DNA of 44,880 nucleotides, from the IMG/VR virus record IMGVR_UViG_3300027644_000024, positions 1 to 44,880 of that record; one strand, given 5' to 3'. The notes beneath the pieces were generated by a model. It was not told the DNA's origin and searched no databases. It saw nothing but the letters and a program-made list of their open reading frames with translations. The position numbers and the translations under genes are program-made. The first letter of the stretch is position 1; each line of letters starts with the position of its first letter. Shown in pieces: positions 9,935 to 18,700 of the stretch. This stretch comes from a virus (Duplodnaviria; Caudoviricetes).

Positions 9935-9964
9935 TTTATTAAAACTAATGATTCCGTTATAGAT

Positions 9965-9971
9965 TATTTAT
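9965..9971 (-). promoter_or_regulatory. Late promoter-like box ATAAATA
   Basis: tatttat 30 nt upstream of ORF start 9934. Confidence 0.6.
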
Positions 9972-10009
9972 CACATAACAAAACCCCCTGAGGAGATTTA
10001 AGGTTAATA

Positions 10010-10174
10010 TTAAATTAATGATTTACTGATAAGATATTCAACAGTATTTGCTACATCATTTATTGCATCACGAAGATTTTCACTTTGACCTGATCCCATA
10101 TCAAAAGTAATTGGATCTGTAATAGTCCATCTCCATTGCTTCATATCTTTGTTATGCCAGATATTTATGATCAT
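10010..10174 (-). CDS. Small hypothetical protein, 54 aa (below ORF-track cutoff)
   Basis: MIINIWHNKDMKQWRWTITDPITFDMGSGQSENLRDAINDVANTVEYLISKSLI*; fills the intergenic gap and is codirectional. Confidence 0.7.
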   Translation of the reverse strand: MIINIWHNKDMKQWRWTITDPITFDMGSGQSENLRDAINDVANTVEYLISKSLI

Positions 10175-10200
10175 TTTTATACCAAAAGGTATTGAGTGTA

Positions 10201-10237
10201 AATTTTTGCCGGGATTTTTTGCTCCCTAAAATGGAAT
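10201..10237. repeat. Dispersed intergenic motif, copy 1
   Basis: aatttttgccgggattttttgctccctaaaatggaat, near-identical to 36941-36977. Confidence 0.85.
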
Positions 10238-10420
10238 TTAAAATGGATTTGCGTATGAGAGAGTTTTTTCATCTACAGTTGCACGAACCAACTCTAATAC
10301 ATTCATAAATTGCTCTACGGTTTCACAGAACACTTGCTTCTCATTACCCTCATTGGAGTAGAGATACACTGTTCGATTAAGAGGATCGACCACACATCTG
10401 GTCAGGAACTCGTCTTGCAT
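10238..10420 (-). CDS. Small conserved cyanophage hypothetical protein
   Basis: 60-aa ORF directly behind a consensus sigma70 promoter. Confidence 0.75.
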   Translation of the reverse strand: MQDEFLTRCVVDPLNRTVYLYSNEGNEKQVFCETVEQFMNVLELVRATVDEKTLSYANPF

Positions 10421-10446
10421 TCGGTTTGTTTTTTGGACACTAATGC

Positions 10447-10475
10447 ATTATAGGGCATTTGGAGGGTGGTGTCAA
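10447..10475 (-). promoter_or_regulatory. Consensus sigma70 (early-type) promoter
   Basis: TTGACA (10475-10470), 17-bp spacer, TATAAT (10452-10447). Confidence 0.85.
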
Positions 10476-10482
10476 GAACAAA

Positions 10483-11223
10483 TTAAGTGGTGTAAGGATT
10501 AAAGGCGGGATTCTTCAAAGCATTTATTCCCATATCAAGTCTAACATTTTGTGAATTTAATGATATTATTTCAACTTTATTTCTATATCTTCTTACATGA
10601 TAAGGAAGTCTTTCTTCTTTAAGGAAATTAACTGGTTCTATTAAGGGAATAACTTTAAGTCTCAACGATTCAATCTGAGATTGTTTTTCTACAATTTGAT
10701 CTACAAACTCGGCACACAATTCACCACTATCACTACCTATACCTACATTGTAGAAAATAGATCCAATTCCAGCAGTTGGATCATTTGGAACATATTTTGA
10801 AAGTGTTCCGTACCCAACATTTTCATTTGATAATACATTGATTATTACATTAAATGCAGTTTCTTCACCATCAGAATTATAATCATAGTGATCAGGAACA
10901 ATATAATCCTCTTGATTTAGATTAAAACTCAAATTATATGCTACATCTTTGAACATCGTAGTTATTCCTACTGTAGTCCCACATCCAACATTATAAGCAT
11001 TTGTGTGAAGAACTACAATATCAGATTTAAGAGCATTAATATTAGACACTAATCGAACTATTTCTCTATCAAATCCTTCACAAGATGGTGTCCAATACTC
11101 AATAATAGGATCAATTTCGATTAGATCATCAATAAGATCTTGTATTGAACTTTCGTTTCCTTTGATAGTATCTTCAAATAACTCTATTAACTTTTCTCTT
11201 TTATCTTCATTAGTACTTGCCAT
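10483..11223 (-). CDS. Hypothetical protein, acidic with coiled-coil segments
   Basis: 246-aa ORF in the tail/baseplate gene run. Confidence 0.7.
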   Translation of the reverse strand: MASTNEDKREKLIELFEDTIKGNESSIQDLIDDLIEIDPIIEYWTPSCEGFDREIVRLVSNINALKSDIVVLHTNAYNVGCGTTVGITTMFKDVAYNLSFNLNQEDYIVPDHYDYNSDGEETAFNVIINVLSNENVGYGTLSKYVPNDPTAGIGSIFYNVGIGSDSGELCAEFVDQIVEKQSQIESLRLKVIPLIEPVNFLKEERLPYHVRRYRNKVEIISLNSQNVRLDMGINALKNPAFNPYTT

Positions 11224-11243
11224 TTATTTTCCGTTATAATTCT

Positions 11244-12056
11244 TTATCTAGTTATAGTATTATTATTTCTATTAGCATATTGAAGATCTTTGCTATCTGT
11301 ATCTGGATAATCCTCATAGGTTTCTCCTTCATATTCTACTATAAGTGGATTACAATCTTTTCTTTCAGCATAGACATGATAATAACAATCAATAGGCATT
11401 CCTCCTTTTGCTTGTAAGTATATTTTTTTCTCATCAATTCTTTTGACAATAATGTCTTGATGAGCACCAATAGGTTGTAACTGAACACTAATACTATTAG
11501 TATGAACCAAATCTTTCCAATACCAAGGCATTTCTATTTCAGTTCTATTTGTAAGTCTGCCTCTAAAATAAACTCCAACTTCTGGTCCTTCAATACAAGC
11601 ATAAGTAAGACGATGCCCCTTTCCTTTTGATGGGTGTTCCATGTCAAATTTTTTCGGTCTTGCATCTGCCTGTCTAAATCTAGCTGCTAATTTACCTTTA
11701 TTTCCACAATCAACCTTACCAGTAACAAAAACATCACCATCAACATAAAGAGCATTGATTCCTGATCCTCTTTTGATGCGTACAGCATTTGCTGTTCCAT
11801 TATCTCCTTCAATGGATACATTTCCTTTTACAAAAAGAGATCTATCTGGAATTTTTTGACAATCTTGATTAGAAGTTCTGCCAACCATTAATGTGGCCTC
11901 AGCAGATCCATAAGCACCAGCTTTCCCCACTTGCATTGGTGCCTCTACAAACATTGATCCTCGGATTTTTTTATCTCCGACTCCAAGTGCTGCTGGTTGT
12001 CCTGCACCACACATTGTTTGTCCACCACAGGCAACATCGTCTAATAAAAATGACAT
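11244..12056 (-). CDS. Virion structural protein with the C-terminal domain common to cyanophage tail fibres
   Basis: KKFDMEHPSK...LTYACIEGPEVGVYFRGRL...YYHVYAERKD; beta-strand repeats in N-terminal half. Confidence 0.65.
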   Translation of the reverse strand: MSFLLDDVACGGQTMCGAGQPAALGVGDKKIRGSMFVEAPMQVGKAGAYGSAEATLMVGRTSNQDCQKIPDRSLFVKGNVSIEGDNGTANAVRIKRGSGINALYVDGDVFVTGKVDCGNKGKLAARFRQADARPKKFDMEHPSKGKGHRLTYACIEGPEVGVYFRGRLTNRTEIEMPWYWKDLVHTNSISVQLQPIGAHQDIIVKRIDEKKIYLQAKGGMPIDCYYHVYAERKDCNPLIVEYEGETYEDYPDTDSKDLQYANRNNNTITR

Positions 12057-12068
12057 AAGTCTTCTCCT

Positions 12069-12692
12069 TTACTTTGGTTGTTGTTTATCACGAAATTTCT
12101 TACCAGCAACTTTTGAGTCTTTCTTTGCAACAGCATCAGTGATTCCACGAATACATGAGGAATAAATTGTCATAGCACTATTTGCAACTATTTCTGCTTT
12201 ACCTGCCGTTGCAAGTTTATACATTGCCTTTGCATTAATAAGAATTTTATTATCTGCATCAAGTTCAATATTTTCATTTGCCTTCATTCTAATATTGCCC
12301 TTACTGTTCCCCTCACCTACTGCGACTAGTTCTATATCAGTTCCTTGTAATCTTATTTTACCATTAGATGCAATAATATCTATATTACCATTTATAGAAT
12401 TAATGAATAGAGTATCTTCTGCTTCTTTTCTCTCCTCTCCTGACTGAATTGAAATTCTTCCAGGTGCAGTAACTTGAGAGCATCCTTTTCTTGGACCATC
12501 CTTATCTAAAAGGATTCCATGTCTTCCGTCGGATGCTTGAAGTTGTACATCAGAAGTGACTGAACCATCAGAAGCAACGTGCCCAAAGGAAAGTGATCCG
12601 TGATCGTTTCCTTGACGAGTTCCAGTATAGTTCTGTTTAGCACCAGCACTATTTCTACTTGGATTTCTATTTTGTGGGGTTATTCCGGACAT
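12069..12692 (-). CDS. gp5 C-terminal-like beta-helix spike protein
   Basis: Short alternating beta-repeats (NGNIDIIASNGKIRLQGTDIELVA...NIRMKANENIELDA); baseplate context. Confidence 0.55.
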   Translation of the reverse strand: MSGITPQNRNPSRNSAGAKQNYTGTRQGNDHGSLSFGHVASDGSVTSDVQLQASDGRHGILLDKDGPRKGCSQVTAPGRISIQSGEERKEAEDTLFINSINGNIDIIASNGKIRLQGTDIELVAVGEGNSKGNIRMKANENIELDADNKILINAKAMYKLATAGKAEIVANSAMTIYSSCIRGITDAVAKKDSKVAGKKFRDKQQPK

Positions 12693-12700
12693 ATAATTAC

Positions 12701-15700
12701 TTATAAGGGTGTGTACATTTCAATTGTTGGATATTCAGTAAATCCAAAACCAGGGTTAATAATAGCAACCCTGATTACTCTTCCGAAAGATCCAAAAATC
12801 GGTTCAAGAATAGCACCATTACTTGGAGTTATTCGAATTTTATCAGTTACATTATAATTGATTCCTGGGTCTTCTACAAGGACATATTTTAATCTCAAGG
12901 CTACTGGGTAGGTTGAGGTTTGGACTGGATCTGGAACAAATGATGGTGGGAAATAATCTCCATCACCAACAATACTGGTACTACTTAATGTTGACTGAAC
13001 TGTTCCCGGAATATTTAGTAGTGGATCATTACTTCTTATATCAGTACCTTGTCTTAATATTGCAGAAGGTGGAGTAATAATCTGTGCAAGAATACTTTCT
13101 CTTAAAGTATCATATACTATTACTGGTTCCCCAACAGTTTCATAGAAACCTGCATAACGAATACCTCTATCATAATAAACAGAACCATAGTAAGGTCTTC
13201 CATTTACATATCCAGTCTGCTTAAGACCCACAAGATCAGTTACTTGCAAAAGTTTTTGAGGGTCTGGTGTGATTGCGTCTCTTATAACTTCAAATTGTGG
13301 TATAAATCGTGCATTAACACCTGTTGGTGGTCCAGAAGGTGGAATTATTGTGATGAGGGTAGGAGTACCATCACCAAGATCACCACCAGGATCACGAGGA
13401 TCACTAAGATCACGAGGATCACCACCAGAATCACGAGGATCACCACCAGAATCACGAGGATCACGAGGATCACCACCAGGATCACGAGGATCACCACCAG
13501 GATCACGAGGATCACCACCAGGATCAGTTCTACCAATACCAATAAAAGTACCAGAACCTGTGGACCCTATTCCTGGTCTTGGACGATTACCACCACTGGT
13601 TATAATTATCTCTGTTACTACACCTTTACCCCTAATAAGTCTAGGGCAGGGAGGAGGAATTAGAATCGCACCAACACCTACAGGATTATCTCTCCAAGAT
13701 TCTTCTTGTATAGTACCCTCACGAAGAATGGTCTCTGAATAATTTCTTGTTATTTCTACAGAAGTGACCACAGGATTTTCTCTAAATCCGGTATTTGGAA
13801 AACTAAGGTTTGAAAGTTCTAATTGTAAAGTCCTTCTTCCTTTTGTTGCATTAAACGAGGATTGTTTAAAATTCTCTCCATCGGCATTTAGATCATGTCT
13901 TCCCACCTCTACTCCATCAACTCGAATAATTACTAAGTCATCTGCTAGTGCAGTTAGATTGTATTTACCATCTTCGGGGAAATCAACATTTTTCCAAGTC
14001 ATAATCCAAGTTTTTCCTTGAATTTCATCTGTTGGAGTCAAAGTGTTTTGAATAAGTGGAGAAATGAAACCAGGAACATAACTTGTAAGAGTAGGACCTT
14101 CATAAGTCACACCATCGTTAGCAGTTCCACCAGTTAATCCTCCGATTATTGTAGTTTTTGCTGTTTCAGCAGCAACCTGCCAGTCTAATGTTCTAAAAAT
14201 CTTTTGAGAGTGGGAGGTTGTGTCAAATATTCCTGCTGTTGTTGTAGTGTTATTTTTAATATCAATTCTAATATTATGAAGACCTTTTTCAAGTTCTATT
14301 TTTTTGCTACGTTCTCCAGTAGTTCTAGTTTTTATTGGTGGTGTGATTGTATACCCATTTATTTCCACACCATCCACGTAAATTGTAGTAGTATCATCTA
14401 AATCATTTTCTGTTACAAGTTTATAAAACCCCCTATAAGGAATTTCAATATCCCAAGAGGTTGATTGTTGATTTCCTCCTTGACCACTACCGGGAGTTTC
14501 TAATGGTTTAAATGGTGAGATTGCATAACGATTTAAGAAATTACTCCATGGATCGGTAGTAACAATATTTGTTTCTTCTTTTGTGGTTGGTGGAGTGGAA
14601 GAACTTTCTAAAACATAAACAATCTCACTTGTTAATATTGTTGCTGGTGTTATTGGTGGTGCTAGTGTTATTGATGCTGGTGTTATTGGTGCTACTGTAG
14701 GAGCATAAAATGCAATACCCTCACTTTGAAAACCCTGGCCAGGTAATGCTGATATTTCATTTATATCTGTAGTATAAAAATGTTCCCCTGGAATTGGTCC
14801 AAGACCTCCAGGATCTCCAGGGGGATTATAAAATCTAAAAACTTCAATTCGATCTGGTCCTGGTTGTGAATATACATAACCAACAATCCCTTCAAAGGAA
14901 TATCCACTTCTTATTGCAGAACTTTTTTCAGTATCACTAATTGTATATAAATGATCTCCACCAGAAAATAGACGATAAAGTGGTACTATTCCTTCAACAT
15001 CTATAGTTTCTCCAAACATTTTCCACCCAATTCCTTCAAGTTTCAAAAGATTAAAATCTATGAATTCTTTTGCTGGATTAGTAGTAAAAAAGTGTGTTGC
15101 ACCTGCTTCTCCACTAAAGTCTTTAGTAAAATACCTAAGCATATCAATCAATACTATAGGGGATGCAAGTGCTGGTACTTCTCTTGGTAATTCTTTTGTA
15201 TTAAGTGTTTTAAAGATACCCCCTCCAGGTGGAAGAATTACTTCAATTTCATTGTTATAATTTCTATACTTAGATCCCTGTCTTACAACACCAGCATCTT
15301 CTTTTTTTCTGATTGTAGCTGCCCAAGCAACATGAAACTCTGACATAAAATAAATGGTGTTTAGTCCTTCATTTAATTTAATTGTTATTTTAGTTGTTTC
15401 TTTTTGGTTTTCAAATAAAGTAACTTTTGTAGGGCCTGCAACAGGAACAATTCTGTCCTGCATCTCACTGATTGGATCTAATCTATATACCACACCAGTT
15501 CCCACGTTTCGTGTGCTAAAAATTGCCTCCCGGTTGATAGCAATTCTAAATGAATTTCCTGGGGGGGTTACTTTTTTAGCATCCAAATAAGTATAATAAG
15601 TTCGTAGTTCTAAGTTTCCTACACTTACTTCCAGTTCATATTCTCCAGCATAGGGAGCATTAATGTACCTCCCCAAGAACCCACCAGACATAAAAATCAG

Positions 15701-18700
15701 AGGACCCCTATCATCAGGAACTTTAACTGCATATCGTTTTAAGAAAGAGTTCCACTGAGGTTCTGGTGTATAATCAGTCGGATCTGTGGATTTAGTACTA
15801 TCATAACCATCAATTGGAAGTAATATTCCTTGTGATACAACATTAATATTTTTAATACCAATTCCATTTGTTCTTGTGTCCCATATTAACGTCCCAGATG
15901 AGGTGTCAGTGTAGGTTTCAGTATCACTGGTGCCTTCAGATAATGTAGATGCATAAATTTTAGTTGATTCTTTCTTTTCATCTGGTTCAATAAGTCCTTG
16001 TATTAATTTTTGTTGGATCTCTTTACTTACATGATTTGCTACAACGTTATAAATTACATTTTTTCTTACTTGTTGCGGATTAATTATTATTTTTTTATTT
16101 TCCGAAAACCCATTGATAGTAAATGAATCTAGTTTATCAGTAGAAGTAAAGGTGAATGAAAAATCACTGGGACTTGTGGAACCTGGTGCTGCTTTTATAG
16201 TGGCAGCTTTGCGTAGTATAGGATCACGCGATGTTCTAATAATTTCACCTTTAAAGTTTTTTAATATCCAATATCCACCAGAAGGCCCACCGAGGTTTGT
16301 GATCACCATTTTAATTTCATAGACTCCATTTTCGAGAGTCATTGACTTACTTATATTGTTAGTCCGAAAATGCGATTGTACATCTCCGGTCAACTCTTCC
16401 GTAATAAAATCTTGTGATCCTGCTGATAATGTAAGTTTGATTTCATTATCCGCACCATATTCAAAGTTATAGGTGTCTGCTAGAAGATCAACCGTATGGG
16501 TTATATCAAATTTCTCTCTAACAGGCACCCAATCCCCATTACCCCCAGCAGATGCTCCGGGAAGTGGTGGAGCACTTGCATATGTGTTCATTTCACCGGA
16601 CCAAATTCCTATAAGATTGACAGGAACCCATGAGTTTCGTATTTCTGATAATAATTCATCTGGTGGTGCTGCTGCTGTAGTATTACCATAAACATTAAAT
16701 CCAACTTCTTCGGTTTCTGAAACTGAAGTTGTTTCTATAGATGGTGCTGCTGCAACTTCAATTATTTTTTCAATTTTTTCTCCAAAATAATTTACAGGAT
16801 ACCAATATTGTCTTGGAGGAATTGTAGAAAATCTTGTTGTCCAAATTGGATTATCGGGGCATCTACCTTCTTGTTTTGGTATAGGTTCTTTGGGAATTGT
16901 TGGTTCTGGTGCATCAATTGTGAGTGCAACACCCATTGGATTATCGTACCAAGATGGTGGTTTTATTCTTGTGATTGTTGTGCTGCCTGGTGTGGTGTCT
17001 ACTGTTGATAAAAGTATGGTTGTTGTGGGTGGTGATGGTAGTATTAATGAAGAATGAAGTCTAAATTGCATACCATCTTGTCCACGGGGCTCAGATGTAG
17101 TTAAAACTCCTCCTCCTCCACCACCACCACCACCGGCAACAATAATATAAGTCTTGAGAAAAGCATCGTAAACCGCAGTAGCACCACCACCACCACCACC
17201 ACTAGATCCTGCTATTGATTCACCACCATCACCACCGGAAGCAACATCACTTACTCCCCCTGCTCCACCAGCAATTGCTGCGATACCTCTTGGTGTGGAT
17301 ACTACTTTACCATATATACCCGCATTTCCTTTCTTACCAATTTTAAGGTCTAATGATTTTGCTCCATCTGAAAGAGTAAATGTTCCCATTCTACCTAAAC
17401 CACCGGTCTCATCATTACCTGCATTGGTTCCTCCGTTACCGCCACGAGCAGCCGCAACTGTAACTTTAATATTTGTTGCTCCTGGTGGTATTGTTACACC
17501 AACATTTTCTTCATAAGTTTTATTAAATGATCCTTCCAGTGTTGTATATTCAATCGTAACATATCCATTATCTAATTTATTTGTGATGTCAGGTGATTGA
17601 AGTGTTGCTATTGTTTTTTCATATTTTGATTTACCACCGTATCCCCCTCTGGCCGCTACACCAGTGAGAGCTCGCGATTGTCCATAACGAGAAGAAAGTC
17701 CAGTTACTCCCGCATAGGACCCTCCAGATCCTCCAGGAGCGCCACCACCACCACCACCAGAACCACCACCACCAGCCTCACCAGATCGGGCACCTCCCGC
17801 AAAGTCAAAACCTTTCTTACCCGCACTAATAGGAATAGGTTTAATACGTTGTCCTGCTGGTCCAGCAATGCCCGATGATGCTACTGCTTCTATATTAGTT
17901 GGAGTAGTTGGGGCATTAAATAACTCAATCCTAATAGTATGAGGTCCTCTTGTAATGGTTTTCTTTATTTCCCCAAATCCACCATCCTCTCCTATTTTTT
18001 CTCCATCAACAAAATTCTTATCAAAAATACCTAGTGGACTAGGATGTTTTTTGATGTCAGCAATTTTTTCATTATCAATATATAACACTGCCTCATTATC
18101 ACACAATCCTCTAAATGTATACTCACCATCTGTTGGAAAATCTTCGTTCCACAAAAACGTAAAATCTTTATCAGAATAGTCAGTACCCTTTACATTTGAC
18201 GGAGAGACTGGTGAGATTGCATATGTGTTCATAAAGGAAGTAAGATCTACTTCTTCTTTAGGTGGTACTAGCACCGGATCAGGTTGCGTTGTTGGAGATC
18301 CTGTTAAAACATAAGTAATCTTACTTATTGATATTGTTTCTGGTGTTATTGGTGATGTTGGTTCTCCAACAACAAAAGAGCATTTATTATCCTTAATATT
18401 AAAGAATTTTCCTTTATCAATATTAATAGAAGCATCAAGAGTACCAATTCCAGCATCTTCATATTCAATAAAAGAATCATTTCTTAGTATTATAGTGCCG
18501 CCAGGACTTCCATTATTAAAAAATTCTACCTCATATACTTTTCCACTTTCACAATTTTTTGTTATATTTTGATCGATTCCAGTTTTGCTTGGTTTAAATA
18601 TATCAATGCCAAGTTCAGTTATTTTATAATTATGAGTATTAGAAGCATCCTGCTTTCCAAAAAATTTAAAGTTAACATCAATAATAGTAGATGATGCTGG

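Noticed and set aside
13244-13742. ORFs with ITR, RGSPP or VIL repeats
   Set aside because: Alternative frames of the DPGGDPR tract inside the 2639-aa CDS
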